Shown here: positions 33,524-43,771 of the stretch, piece after piece
How the letters are laid out: every line of letters starts with the position of its first letter
Numbering within the stretch: the stretch's first letter is position 1
Notes under the pieces: generated by a model
The model's input: only the letters and a program-made list of their open reading frames with translations
What the model was told of the DNA's origin: nothing
Databases searched by the model: none
Position numbers and translations under genes: made by a program
DNA from: Archangium sp.
Lineage (GTDB): Bacteria; Myxococcota; Myxococcia; Myxococcales; Myxococcaceae
Direction: 5' to 3'
DNA: 64,000 bases
NCBI GenBank assembly: GCA_031367385.1
Contig: JANLPS010000489.1
Span: 1-64,000, forward strand

Positions 33524-34123
33524 ATGACCAGCAGCGTGCCCATCGTGCAGACCGGAGCCGCCATCTTGCGCGCGAAGGCCCGCCCCGTGCCCGTCGAGCA
33601 GATCGCCACCGACGACTTTCAGCAGTTGGTGACTCTGATGATTCGCACCATGCGAGAGGCCCCCGGCGTCGGGCTGGCCGCTCCGCAGATTGGCGTGCCC
33701 CTGCAGGTGCTGGTGCTCGAAGACCGCGATGCTTTTCTCTCGAGCTTGGGCGAAGACGAGCTGGCCGAGCGCGAACGGGTGCCGGTGCCGGTGCGGGTGT
33801 TCATCAACCCCACGCTCGAGGTCATCGGCAATGAGACGGTCACCTTCTTCGAGGGCTGCCTGAGCGTCGAGGGGTTCACTGCGCTCGTGACGCGCTGGCG
33901 CGAGGTCGAGATCACCGGTCTCGACGAGCACGGCGCCTCGGTGACCTGGCGGGTCAAGGGGTGGCCGGCGCGCATTCTCCAGCATGAAATCGACCACCTC
34001 GAGGGCACCCTCTACATCGACCGTATGAACCCCCGCTCGTTCTCGAGCCCCGAGTTGGCGCAGGAGCGGTTCAGCGGCATGTCGGTGACGGAGATCGAGG
34101 CAGCGCTGCAGCTTGGCCGTTGA
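33524..34123 (+). CDS. def: Peptide deformylase
   Basis: GVGLAAPQIG, EGCLS, QHEIDHL; GAGGAG RBS. Confidence 0.95.
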   Translation: MTSSVPIVQTGAAILRAKARPVPVEQIATDDFQQLVTLMIRTMREAPGVGLAAPQIGVPLQVLVLEDRDAFLSSLGEDELAERERVPVPVRVFINPTLEVIGNETVTFFEGCLSVEGFTALVTRWREVEITGLDEHGASVTWRVKGWPARILQHEIDHLEGTLYIDRMNPRSFSSPELAQERFSGMSVTEIEAALQLGR

Positions 34124-34127
34124 GGTC

Positions 34128-37100
34128 TCAAAGGCCGGCGTCGGGTGCCCAGAGCTCGATCACGATGCCGCGCTTGAGCAGCGCCGACTGAGCGTCACCG
34201 CGAGCAGGCTCGGCCATCGCCGAGAGCGCCTCGGCCAGCAGCGCCCGGGCCCGCTGCTGGTTCTGGGGGCCTGACACCCACAGCGCTCGGCCCAGCTCGA
34301 GCTTCACCGGCGCGAGGGCCTTGGGGTCTTCACGGGCGGCGTGGAGCGCCAGGGCCCGCTCGAGCGCCTGCACCGCCAGCACCGGTTGATTGAGCAACAA
34401 GGCCGCGCGCCCGATGCCGGTCAGGTCGGCGCTGGTCGCGGCGGTGTTGCTGCTCTTCTGGTGAATCGCCAGCGCGCGGTTGTAGTGCTCGAGCGCTTCG
34501 GGCCCTGAGCCCATTGCCAGCGCCATCTCACCCAACGCGTCGCAGACAGCGGCCACCTCGGCGCTCCCCTCGCCCAACTTGCCTCGGCGAATTCGCTGCG
34601 CCTCGAGCAAGTGCGCGCGCGCCTCGCCCCAGTTGCCGAGCTGGGTGTCGAGCCCGCCCATGGTCACCAGCGCGGTGGCGACCGCGAGGCTCTCGGGGCC
34701 GGCGACCTTTCTCATGATGGCCAGCTCGCGCAGCGCGTAGTCGTGCGCCTCGCGCCAATACCCGCCCGCCTTGAAGACCTCGACCAGCGAATCGAGGGTC
34801 ATGCCGACCTCGCGCGACTCCGGGCCAAAGAGCTTGGTGCGCGCCTCCAGGGTCGCCTGCAGCAGCATCAGCGCCTCTTCACGGCGGTCAGAGGCCAGGT
34901 ACGCCTTGGCGAGACTGTCGAAGGCCTTGAGGGTCTCTGGGTGGGTGTCGCCCAGCGTCGATCGACGCACCGCCAGTGAGTGCTCGAAGTGGGTGATGGC
35001 CTCTCGAAATCGGCCCACGTTTCGCAGCGCGAAGGCCAGGTTGCCCTCGGCCAGCGCGGTGTTGGGGTGCTCGGCGCCCTCGAGGGTCACGTGCAGCGCG
35101 TAGCTGCGGTCGAACTGCTCAATCGCCGCGGGGAAGTCACCAGCAGCCGAAAATGTCACCCCCAGGTTGTCGTGCATCGACGCCACGTCGGGGTGTGAGG
35201 GCCCTCGGTGCTCTTCGACCAGCGCCAGGGCACGCTCGAACTGAGCCAGCGCGTCGTTGAGGTGGCGATTGCGCAGCGAGACCAGGGCGTCGTTGAGGGC
35301 GAGCTCATATTGCACCTCCCAGTCTTGAGAGACCCGCGAGGCGGCCGCGTGGGCGAGCCGGCTCCAAGACTCGGTGTCGTCGCCAGGCTCGGTGTCATCG
35401 AACCCCTCGTTGCCATAGAGGCGGCTGAATGCGATGGCCTGGAGTGAGGCATCACCGGCTCGAATCGCCTGCTCGGCGGCCTGAACGTTGGCGGCGTGGG
35501 CCTCTTGAGGGCTCCCGTTCTTGAGCATCAAGCGGCCGAGCCACAGAAACCCCTCAGCCTGGGCTCGAGGCGAGCTGTCGGCGGTGACGGCTGAGCGCAG
35601 CAGGTCGACGCCACGTGCATATTTGCCTGCATCGAAGAGCGCGCGGGCCTCGGAGATCTGCACGCCCAGCCGCAGCTCTGCCGCATGGGCCTGCTCGTTG
35701 AGCATCGGCTGGCGGGTCAACGCCTGTAAATCGAAACAGCCCGAAATCGGGTCGAGCGAGGCGGCGGCGGCCGAGGCATGCGCGACCAGGTCTCGATCGG
35801 CGTCTTCGAAGAGGTGCGAGAGGGCGCGCAGGCGCTGCAGGCGCCCGTCGAGGCAGGCGCTCTTCATCTCGTACAGTTCGGCCGAGTCGACCTTGCGAAT
35901 GCGGGTCGCTTCGCAGGCCTCGCGCGAGGCGTTGACCCAATCGAGGGCCCAGGCGTCGAGGGTTCGGGCGGTGCTCTTCCACGCGTCGAGGGCCAGCGCG
36001 CTGCCGGTGCGCTCGAACGCCGCGCGCAGCTTCTGCTTGGTGGGGGTGTCCCACACGTCGACGAGCCGCTTCTCGGCGCCTCCGCAGACGCTCAGGCGCT
36101 TGGCCGACCACAAGGCGTACCCAATGCCGACGGTGGCGAGAATGCCCAGCGTGACGATGGTAGCGATGGTTCGACGGCTTCGACGACGCCGGGGCCGCAG
36201 CTCGACGAGCAGCGCGTCCATGTCGGGGTAGCGGTCGGCCGGGTTGGCGGCGAGCCCGCGCTTGATGACCTCGAAGATAGAGTCGGGCACCTCCGAGCCC
36301 GGCGGTGGCTCGGGGAGCCGACCCAGGTGAATCTCGTCGGCGTGTTGCTTGAGGGTCGCGCCTCCGAATGGGCGCTTGCCGAACAGCGCTTCGTACAGCG
36401 CCACACAGAACGCGAACTGATCGCAGCGCCCGTCAGTAGGCAGGCCGGCGAGCTGCTCGGGGGCCATGTACCCGGGAGTGCCCATCACGGCTCCGTCGAG
36501 GGTGAGCTTTGCCGCGAGCGCCGCCAGGCCCGAGTCGCTGCTGGTCGTCGGCTGCGCGACCGGGTCTGTCATGACGTCAGAACCTGCCGTCACGCGACGG
36601 CTCGAGTGCGCTGAGGCCTTTCGCGCCAGCAGACTGGCCTCGGCCGTCAGAGAAGGAGCGGCGAGCCGTGCGCCGTCGAGCGGGTGCTGCACGTGCGGCG
36701 CGTCCCCTCTCGCATCGCTCGGCTCGTCAGAAGACGACCCGAGTGACCAAGGGCCGTGCGCCGAGCGGTCGGCCACGGTCGATGCGCTGTCTGCGTCACT
36801 GGCGCGTCTGAACCCAGCCGCCACCTCCGAACGAAGCGCATCGCTCGAAGGCTTCGAGTCATCGCCGACGCGCGGTTGGCCGCTGGCCCGGCCAGACGCG
36901 GTGGTCACCGACCCGCGGTGAGCGCCACCCGGCGGCACCGTGTCGCTCGCTACCCTGGCTTCGTCGCTCGACTGCACATCGAGATACCGCCGAACCGCGC
37001 CATCGCTCGGAGGCGTGGCCCACCCGAAGTCGCGCTCCGTGTCGTCGGTGTCGAACCGCCCCGAATCGTCTTGCCCCCACGCGCCCCTCGGAGCGCTCAC

Positions 37101-37856
37101 AGCCGCAGCTTCTCCCGGCGCCTCGTTCGCAGCCGCACCGGCGAGGCTTGGCGTTGGCGTGGCCTGGCGGGCGAGCCCGAAGTCGAGCACCCGGGGGCGC
37201 CCATCGCGGCCGATGAGCACGTTGTCGGGCTTGAAATCGCGGTGAATCAGCCCGGCGTGGTGCGCGGCGGCGAGGCCGCTCCCTGCTTGCAGAAACAAGC
37301 GCACCACCTCTCGCCAGGGCCGCTCGGTGCGCAGCCAATCGCTCAGCGTCTCCCCGTCAATGAACTCCATCGCGATGAAGACGCGGTCGGCGAAGGTGCC
37401 CACGTCATGCACCGCCGCCACGTTCGGGTGCTGCAGCCGGGCCATCGCCTGGGCCTCACGCAGCAACCGGGCGCGGCCCTCGGTGGCGCTGGTCGCTCCG
37501 CCACGCAGCAGCTTGAGCGCCACCTTTCGGTCGAGCTGCGGGTCGAAGGCTGCGAACACCTCGCCCATGCCGCCGGTGCCGAGGCGCTCGAGCAGCACGT
37601 ACCGGCCGAGCGTGGTGCCCCGGGCCAGCGAGTTCGCGGCTGACGCCTTCGCGGTCGGCCGGTCAGGTTGGGTCGGGGTACCCCGGGCTTCGATGGGCGC
37701 CGCCACCGTCGTGGCGAACACGGCCGCTGACAGCAGCTTTTGCCGCTCCCGGCAGCTTGCGCACCCCGCGAGATGCCCCTGAGCCGCGGTTGCGGCCGAG
37801 GCTTCGAGCGTGCCGAGGGTCAGGCGGAGCAGCTGCTCCTCATCGAGGTGCGCCAT
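34128..37856 (-). CDS. Membrane Ser/Thr protein kinase with N-terminal HxxxCxxC zinc finger and C-terminal TPR region
   Basis: HLAGCASC; GTGGMG, VALK, HRDFKPDN, DFG, GTPGYMAPE; TM helix; HPxxA-type TPR repeats. Confidence 0.9.
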   Translation of the reverse strand: MAHLDEEQLLRLTLGTLEASAATAAQGHLAGCASCRERQKLLSAAVFATTVAAPIEARGTPTQPDRPTAKASAANSLARGTTLGRYVLLERLGTGGMGEVFAAFDPQLDRKVALKLLRGGATSATEGRARLLREAQAMARLQHPNVAAVHDVGTFADRVFIAMEFIDGETLSDWLRTERPWREVVRLFLQAGSGLAAAHHAGLIHRDFKPDNVLIGRDGRPRVLDFGLARQATPTPSLAGAAANEAPGEAAAVSAPRGAWGQDDSGRFDTDDTERDFGWATPPSDGAVRRYLDVQSSDEARVASDTVPPGGAHRGSVTTASGRASGQPRVGDDSKPSSDALRSEVAAGFRRASDADSASTVADRSAHGPWSLGSSSDEPSDARGDAPHVQHPLDGARLAAPSLTAEASLLARKASAHSSRRVTAGSDVMTDPVAQPTTSSDSGLAALAAKLTLDGAVMGTPGYMAPEQLAGLPTDGRCDQFAFCVALYEALFGKRPFGGATLKQHADEIHLGRLPEPPPGSEVPDSIFEVIKRGLAANPADRYPDMDALLVELRPRRRRSRRTIATIVTLGILATVGIGYALWSAKRLSVCGGAEKRLVDVWDTPTKQKLRAAFERTGSALALDAWKSTARTLDAWALDWVNASREACEATRIRKVDSAELYEMKSACLDGRLQRLRALSHLFEDADRDLVAHASAAAASLDPISGCFDLQALTRQPMLNEQAHAAELRLGVQISEARALFDAGKYARGVDLLRSAVTADSSPRAQAEGFLWLGRLMLKNGSPQEAHAANVQAAEQAIRAGDASLQAIAFSRLYGNEGFDDTEPGDDTESWSRLAHAAASRVSQDWEVQYELALNDALVSLRNRHLNDALAQFERALALVEEHRGPSHPDVASMHDNLGVTFSAAGDFPAAIEQFDRSYALHVTLEGAEHPNTALAEGNLAFALRNVGRFREAITHFEHSLAVRRSTLGDTHPETLKAFDSLAKAYLASDRREEALMLLQATLEARTKLFGPESREVGMTLDSLVEVFKAGGYWREAHDYALRELAIMRKVAGPESLAVATALVTMGGLDTQLGNWGEARAHLLEAQRIRRGKLGEGSAEVAAVCDALGEMALAMGSGPEALEHYNRALAIHQKSSNTAATSADLTGIGRAALLLNQPVLAVQALERALALHAAREDPKALAPVKLELGRALWVSGPQNQQRARALLAEALSAMAEPARGDAQSALLKRGIVIELWAPDAGL

Positions 37857-37924
37857 GGAGCGAGGCATCAAGGCTACACCCAACCCCCCACGCCTGGCCG
37901 TTGTTTCAACCGATCATCGGCGCG

Positions 37925-38368
37925 TCACTTGCCACCGCGCCCCAAGGGCGTCTCATTGAGCAGCAGCCAGAACAACCCGAGGGTCTCGGCGGCCTTCATG
38001 AACTCGCTGAAATCGACCGGCTTGCGCACATACGCATTGGCGCCGAGCGAATAACTGCGGGTGATGTCTTCGTCTTCGCGCGACCCGGTCAGCACGACCA
38101 CCGGCAACATCTTGGTGCGCTCGTCAGATCGCACCTTGCGCAGCACGTCGAGCCCGCTGACCTTGGGCAGATTCAGGTCGAGCAGCATCACCGTCGGCAG
38201 CTGCACGTCTGACCCCGCATACGCCCCGGTTCGAAACAGGTAGTCGAGCGCCTCGGCGCCATCGCGCACCACCAGCACCTCATTGGCGTTGTTCGACTTC
38301 TTGAAAGCCCGAATGGTGAGCAGCTCGTCGCTCTCGTTGTCTTCGACCAGCAGAATAATCTTGCTCAC
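37925..38368 (-). CDS. Single-domain response regulator (Rcp1-like)
   Basis: GTG start overlaps the kinase stop; ILLVEDN, LLDLNLPK, LGANAYVRKPVDF, FWL. Confidence 0.9.
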   Translation of the reverse strand: MSKIILLVEDNESDELLTIRAFKKSNNANEVLVVRDGAEALDYLFRTGAYAGSDVQLPTVMLLDLNLPKVSGLDVLRKVRSDERTKMLPVVVLTGSREDEDITRSYSLGANAYVRKPVDFSEFMKAAETLGLFWLLLNETPLGRGGK

Positions 38369-40188
38369 GTGTGAAGACCTTTCGCGGCGCGACTCTCGGG
38401 GAGCGAAAAATAGAACGTCGCCCCCCGTGATACTTCGGCTTCGGCCCAAATGCGCCCACCATGTCGGTCGACGATGCGATGGCAGGTCGCAAGCCCAATG
38501 CCCGTACCGGGAAATTCGCGGCTCGTGTGCAGGCGCTGAAAGGTCGTGAACAGCTTGCCTGAGAAGGCCATGTCGAAGCCCACGCCGTTGTCTCTGACGA
38601 AGAAGGCGCAGCGGCCCTGGTGAGTCAGCGCGCCGAACTCGATGCGGGGCTCGCGGGCATCGCGGGTGAACTTCCACGCGTTGCCGAGCAGGTTCTCGAG
38701 CAGGGTGCGCGCGAGGGTGGGGTCGGTGTTGGCCTCGAGCTCGTCTTGTACGCAGAACTCGACCGCCCTCGCGGGGTCGACCTGCTGGAGCGAACATGAC
38801 ACCGAGCGCGCCACCGCCGAGAGGTCGATTCGCTCGCGCCGCAGCTCGCTGCGACTGACCCGTGCCAACGAGAGCAGCGCGTCGATGAGCGCACCCATCT
38901 GCAGCGAGCTGTCTTGAATCTTCTTCAAGCAGAGCCGGCCCTCGTCGTCGAGGCGCTCACCGGAGTCGTCGGCCAGCACCTTGGCGAAGCCGTTGATGCC
39001 CCGCAGCGGGGTGCGCAGGTCATGTGCGACCGAATAGCTGAACGCCTCGAGCTCCTTGTTCGAGGCCCGCAGCGCGGCCTCGGTCACCGTGCGTGCGCTG
39101 ACGTCGCGAATCGCACTCGAGACCAGCAGGCCCTCGTCGGTGACCAGCGGGCTCACGCTCATCTCGACGGGAAACTCGGTGCCGTCTTTGCGCCTGCCAT
39201 GCAGCTCGAGCCCAGAGCCCATTTGCAGCGTGGCGGGCATCGAAAAGTCGCCATCGCGGTTGGGCAGCAGCAGGTCGACTCGGCGGCCGACCAGCTCTTC
39301 GCGCGCGTACCCGAACAGCTTTTCGGTCTGCTCGTTGACCAGCTCCATCGTGCCCGCGCCATCGGCGATGATCATCGCATCAGGCGCCGATTCGAGCAGC
39401 GCTCTGAACTTGGCGTCGACCGCCCGTTGCTTCTGCAATGCCGCGATGGCCGCTTCGGTGCGCTTGCGCTCGCTCAGGTCGAGCACATAGGTGAGTGCCC
39501 GCTCGCCGCTCGGGTCGAGCAACGCAGCGCCGACCAGCACCGGCACCCGGTGCCCATCGCCCCGGTGTAAATATTCTTTCTCAAATGCCGAGGTGATGCC
39601 CTCGGCCCGCAGCTGCGTCACCGCGTCATCTGACGGCCCGAGGTGCTCGGTCGGCGTCATCGCCCTCCAGTTGATGTGGTGCTGCTCGAGCTCGTCGCGG
39701 GTCGCTCCCACCAAATTGAGAAATCGGTCATTCGCCTCGAGCACTTCACCGGTCGTCATGTTGGTGACGATGAGACCGATCGCGCCAGCTTCGCCGAGCC
39801 GACGCAGCTGGGCTTCGGTGCGCCGCAGCTGGGCCGCGAGCGAGTCTCTGGCCTTATTTGCCTCGGCCACCTGCTGGCTCATCTGCTCGGTGGTCTGCAT
39901 CGACGAGATGCCTTCGAGCGTGCGCACCAAGACGATGGCGGTGGGCATCGAAACCAGCGCCGTGAACACCGAGAGCGCCACCGTCAGCGGGGTCACCGGC
40001 TCGAAGAGCTGCAGCAGCTCAGCGAACGCGTACGGCAGCAGCATCAGCGCCACCGCCCGGTACAACGTGATGAACGCCAGGTTGGGCCGAGCGCGAACGG
40101 CCAACCACAGGCAGATGGAGATTGTCAGCAGCGCGAGGCTCGCCAGAGCGCACGAGACGACGCTGACCCACACCAAGCTCGTTGACAT
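38365..40188 (-). CDS. Membrane PAS-PAS sensor histidine kinase
   Basis: Three N-terminal TM helices; two PAS/PAC domains; FSYSVAHDLRTPL; NLLGNAWKFT; GTGIGLA. Confidence 0.92.
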   Translation of the reverse strand: MSTSLVWVSVVSCALASLALLTISICLWLAVRARPNLAFITLYRAVALMLLPYAFAELLQLFEPVTPLTVALSVFTALVSMPTAIVLVRTLEGISSMQTTEQMSQQVAEANKARDSLAAQLRRTEAQLRRLGEAGAIGLIVTNMTTGEVLEANDRFLNLVGATRDELEQHHINWRAMTPTEHLGPSDDAVTQLRAEGITSAFEKEYLHRGDGHRVPVLVGAALLDPSGERALTYVLDLSERKRTEAAIAALQKQRAVDAKFRALLESAPDAMIIADGAGTMELVNEQTEKLFGYAREELVGRRVDLLLPNRDGDFSMPATLQMGSGLELHGRRKDGTEFPVEMSVSPLVTDEGLLVSSAIRDVSARTVTEAALRASNKELEAFSYSVAHDLRTPLRGINGFAKVLADDSGERLDDEGRLCLKKIQDSSLQMGALIDALLSLARVSRSELRRERIDLSAVARSVSCSLQQVDPARAVEFCVQDELEANTDPTLARTLLENLLGNAWKFTRDAREPRIEFGALTHQGRCAFFVRDNGVGFDMAFSGKLFTTFQRLHTSREFPGTGIGLATCHRIVDRHGGRIWAEAEVSRGATFYFSLPESRAAKGLHT

Positions 40189-40233
40189 GCGGCAGCCCCC
40201 CAATCAGCCGCGCTGTTTCTTCGGTACGCCTAT

Positions 40234-41817
40234 TCAAAAGATGTCGTAGCGCGCCCCAAGCACCACTTTGTCGTTTCGCGAGTAGTACCCAAAAGGGCTG
40301 TAACCCGGCCCTTCATACATTTCAGCTGCCAACCAGATTTTCAACCGATCGATGGCTTGAAAGGTCACCCGGGGGCCGGCGGTGAAGCTGCGCTGAATCG
40401 GCTCGAGCGCGGCGCGCAGTTGCAGCTCGAACCGCTTTTTCCACACCGGTACGGCGATGGTCCCGATGATCAAATGAAAGAAGGCGGTACGGGCCGCGCC
40501 CACGGCGGTGGCGGGCTCGATCAACAGCAGCTGCTCGTTCGCTTTGATGCCGGGTATCGCGATGCCCATGTAATTGAGCGAATAGTAGACGGGCGACTCC
40601 GAGGCCTGGCTGTACCCCACCACCCAGGTGACCGCGGCCTTGTCGATGGGCGCAAAGCCCGGGTCGACGAAGGTTTGCCGCGGGGTGAAGGTCAGGTCGG
40701 CGTCGAGCTGCCCGGGGCCGAGCAGCGTCGAGCCCTCGAGCGAGAACAGGTGCTGTCGGGCGTACACACCAGTGGCCAGGGCTTCTCCGGCTTGAAAGCG
40801 GTTGAGCACCGAGAGCGCCGCTGCAGAATCGAGTGGCTTGCCCGCAGCCTGCGCCCGGCTCAGCGCCGCCACTTCGGGGTCGACCGTCATGCGCGGCAAT
40901 TTCTCGTTCATCCACACCCAGCTGGCGCCGATCTTGAACCGGCCCTGCGAGACCAGGCGCACCACGAAGTCTCCGGCGAAGGGCACCGGCCGCCGCGTCT
41001 CGAGTATTCGCTCTTGAATGGCGTCTTCGATGCTGGGGTCGATGCGCCGGTTGTCGAAGCTCGGGGCCAAGGCTGGCTGCGCGAGCGCCTCGTCTTGCCC
41101 GAACACGAAATAGCGGTCGCCTTGAAAGAACGGAGCGTACGCCGCAAGCCAGCTGAAGCGGCCCAGCTCTCCCTGCGCGCGAATGGCGAACGAGGGCAGA
41201 ATCGTGTCTTCGAGCTCGCCCTGCACGAAGCTCTCGCGCAGGTCACGGGGGTTGAACCCATCGGCCGGAGCGAGCGCGGTGTTGGCGCCGATGGCGATGC
41301 GCTGGTTGCCGATGCGAACGTCGACCTTCTCGGTGTACAGGTCGAGAAAGGCCTCGCCCAACGTCGGGTCGAAGAACGCCTTGGCGCGGTCGAAGTTGCG
41401 TTGGGTGGCGAAGCGCACCTGGGCGCGGCCCTCGAGCACCAGCCGCAGGTTGGCGTTGAGCTTCACGTCAACGCCGATGGTCGTCTTGAAGCGCGCTTCG
41501 AAGACGTTCTCGGCCAACGGCACGTTGCGCGGAGAATCGAAGCGGGTGTCGAGCCCGGTGTCGCCACGCACGTTGCCGTGCAGTTGAATGCTCGGCGCCT
41601 CGGGCTTGGGGGCGAGCTCCTCGACGGCCGGCGTGGGCGCAACCGTGGTCGGGGTGGCCTCGGGTGACTGCTCGAAAGACTCGATTTCAGCCGGCTTTTC
41701 TGAACCCGGAGCGGCGGTCTGGGGCGCGACCGGCGCGTCTTCTGCGGGCGCTTGCGCGAACGCGGTGCTCGCAGTCAGTACGGCGCACAGACTCGGGTGA
41801 AGCCACGCGCGTCGCAT
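40234..41817 (-). CDS. Outer-membrane beta-barrel protein (DUF1302-like)
   Basis: Signal peptide; LGEAFLDL, DVRIGNQRI, DGFNPRD; C-terminal RYDIF; coupled to a LolA-like gene. Confidence 0.65.
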   Translation of the reverse strand: MRRAWLHPSLCAVLTASTAFAQAPAEDAPVAPQTAAPGSEKPAEIESFEQSPEATPTTVAPTPAVEELAPKPEAPSIQLHGNVRGDTGLDTRFDSPRNVPLAENVFEARFKTTIGVDVKLNANLRLVLEGRAQVRFATQRNFDRAKAFFDPTLGEAFLDLYTEKVDVRIGNQRIAIGANTALAPADGFNPRDLRESFVQGELEDTILPSFAIRAQGELGRFSWLAAYAPFFQGDRYFVFGQDEALAQPALAPSFDNRRIDPSIEDAIQERILETRRPVPFAGDFVVRLVSQGRFKIGASWVWMNEKLPRMTVDPEVAALSRAQAAGKPLDSAAALSVLNRFQAGEALATGVYARQHLFSLEGSTLLGPGQLDADLTFTPRQTFVDPGFAPIDKAAVTWVVGYSQASESPVYYSLNYMGIAIPGIKANEQLLLIEPATAVGAARTAFFHLIIGTIAVPVWKKRFELQLRAALEPIQRSFTAGPRVTFQAIDRLKIWLAAEMYEGPGYSPFGYYSRNDKVVLGARYDIF

Positions 41818-42572
41818 CAGCCGCGTTCGAGGGCCCGCTCGGTGAACGCCTCATCACCCAGCGTCGCGTCTTCGAGCTTGAGTACGGTCATCTGGGTCTT
41901 CGAGCCGGTCTGGAGGTTCTCCATCACCGAGTCGGCGGCGAGGGTGCGCTCTTTGAACGCTTTGAGCTTGAGCGTGCGGTATCGCTTGTACAGGGCGCCG
42001 GCTTTGTCTTGGTACTCGACCTTCATCGGCACGTAGGTCTGCTGGTCGACGAACATCGTCACTTGCCCATAGGGAGAGCTGTCGTCGCCTTTGCCTTGCA
42101 GCACGAAGCAGGCCCGGCCATCGACCTTCTCATCGGGCAGCCGCTTGAGGTCGTCGTCTTTGGTGCCGTTGCTGGCGATGTCGGCGTAGGCGAAGTCGGT
42201 CTCCATGAACGGCTTGCCGCGGTCACCCTTGGCGACCTTTCGCACCCGCTTGAGCTTGGGCAGGTAGAGCGCCACGTCGTCACCTTCACCGGGCTCGCCT
42301 TCGATGGTGAGCACCGCGACTCCGGCGACGCCGATGGGCGACGAGAAGCGGGCCAGGGCGTGGCTCTTCGATTTGATTCGCTTCGAGCTGGTCGAGAGCA
42401 CTTGCTCTTTGACCTTGCCGTCGGCGGCGGTGGTGACCAGCTTGAGCTCGGCGGTGAGGCCGACCAGGTTGAGGGCGCCGCTGTCTTTCGATTTGCGCGA
42501 AATGTCAGCGGCCGATTCTTCGGCGAAGGCGCTGACGGCGAGCAATGCAGCGAGCAGGGGGGCGCGCATCAT
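41817..42572 (-). CDS. Outer-membrane lipoprotein-sorting (LolA-like) protein
   Basis: Signal peptide; FSSPxxVxG, LYLPKLKRVRK, FMETDFAYAD, FTERAL; AAGGAG RBS. Confidence 0.85.
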   Translation of the reverse strand: MMRAPLLAALLAVSAFAEESAADISRKSKDSGALNLVGLTAELKLVTTAADGKVKEQVLSTSSKRIKSKSHALARFSSPIGVAGVAVLTIEGEPGEGDDVALYLPKLKRVRKVAKGDRGKPFMETDFAYADIASNGTKDDDLKRLPDEKVDGRACFVLQGKGDDSSPYGQVTMFVDQQTYVPMKVEYQDKAGALYKRYRTLKLKAFKERTLAADSVMENLQTGSKTQMTVLKLEDATLGDEAFTERALERG

Positions 42573-42620
42573 GGTGAGACTCCTTGTGAAACGGTAAAGC
42601 ACTGAGCCCCAACGAAATCT

Positions 42621-42657
42621 CTCATGGTGAGCCTGTCGAACCACGAACCACGAACCG
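42621..42657. repeat. REP-like palindrome followed by CGAACC(A/G) x3
   Basis: CTCATGGTGAGCCTGTCGAACCACGAACCACGAACCG; TGGT...ACCA stem around TGAGC-N2-GTCGAA, related to the element at 22312. Confidence 0.55.
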
Positions 42658-42939
42658 TTACTCGGGGAGCGGCAGCTTCAGCACTTCGGCGGTGCGGGTC
42701 AAGATGTACAGCTCTTCGACTTTGGCCCGGGCCCAGGGCGTTCGGCGTAAAAAAGTGAGGCTCGACTTGATGCTCGGGTTCAAGGTGAACGAGTTGATGC
42801 GAATGCGCTGCGCGAGCTCGGGCCAGCCATACGTCGCGACCAGCTTCTCGAGAATCGTCTGCAGGTTGACGCCGTGCAGCTCACGAATGAGGTGGCCGTT
42901 CTCGTCTTTGACATCGACGTCGAGGTCGGGGGGGCGCAT
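42658..42939 (-). CDS. VF530/DUF2132 family small DNA-binding protein
   Basis: LHGVNLQTILEKLVATYGWPEL...PSIKSSLTFLRRTPWARAKVEELY. Confidence 0.9.
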   Translation of the reverse strand: MRPPDLDVDVKDENGHLIRELHGVNLQTILEKLVATYGWPELAQRIRINSFTLNPSIKSSLTFLRRTPWARAKVEELYILTRTAEVLKLPLPE

Positions 42940-42947
42940 GGCTTTTC

Positions 42948-43769
42948 TTACGGGGCCAGGCGGCCGGTGAAGAGCAGGGCGAACAGGCCCAGCCCGGCGA
43001 GCACGCGGTAGACGATGAAGACCATCGTCGAGCGGGTTCGCAAGAACCGAAGCAAGCCCCAGATGGCGAGCAGCCCGGTGGTGAACGAGACCAGGGTGCC
43101 CACCGCGAGCAACAGCATGGGCGGCTTGTCGGTGGCTTGAATCAGGTGCCGCAGCTCGAAGATGCCGGCGAGGCCAGTCGCGGGTATCGAGAGCAGAAAC
43201 GAGTAGCGGGCGGCGTCAGCGCGGGTGAAGCCGAGCGAGAGGCCGCCAGTGAGCGTCGTGCCCGAGCGCGAGCTCCCGGGGATGAGGGCGACCGCTTGCC
43301 ACAGCCCGATGAGGAGCCCGTCTTTGAGAGTCATCTGCTCGAGGGTGCGGGCGTGCTTGGCCAGGCGCTCGACGACGAAGAGCACCAGCGCCAAGACGAT
43401 GAGCGAGGTGGCGATGACGTAAAGCGACCGAAACGAGGTCTCGATGCTTTTCTTGAAGAGCAGCCCCAGCACCCCGATGGGTATCGTGCCGAGCCCGACG
43501 AACCAGGCCAGCCGAGAATCTGCGGTGCCGAAGGGTTGGCGCGCCTTGAGGCCAGCAATGAAGGCGAGCGTGAGGCGGGCCAGGTCTTTGGCGAAGTAGA
43601 GAATGACCGCGGCGGTGGTGCCGAGCTGAATGATGGCCGAGTAGGCGGCGCCGGGGTCGGCCCACCCGAGCAGCGCGGGCACGATTCGCAGGTGCGCGGT
43701 CGAGGAGATCGGCAAGAACTCGGTCACCCCTTGCACCAGGCCGAGCACGATGGCTTCGAGGAGGCCCAC
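42948..43769 (-). CDS. uppP: Undecaprenyl-diphosphate phosphatase
   Basis: QGVTEFLPISSTAHL, IQLG, PGSSRSGTT, ARYSFLLSIP. Confidence 0.95.
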   Translation of the reverse strand: MGLLEAIVLGLVQGVTEFLPISSTAHLRIVPALLGWADPGAAYSAIIQLGTTAAVILYFAKDLARLTLAFIAGLKARQPFGTADSRLAWFVGLGTIPIGVLGLLFKKSIETSFRSLYVIATSLIVLALVLFVVERLAKHARTLEQMTLKDGLLIGLWQAVALIPGSSRSGTTLTGGLSLGFTRADAARYSFLLSIPATGLAGIFELRHLIQATDKPPMLLLAVGTLVSFTTGLLAIWGLLRFLRTRSTMVFIVYRVLAGLGLFALLFTGRLAP

Positions 43770-43771
43770 GG

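Noticed and set aside
36500..37170. Intein in the kinase
   Set aside because: No Cys/Ser start block, His-Asn end or homing endonuclease motifs; composition is disordered-like.
38368..38797. 290-aa version of the response regulator
   Set aside because: The extension overlaps the kinase out of frame; a GTGA-coupled start at 38368 gives a normal receiver domain.
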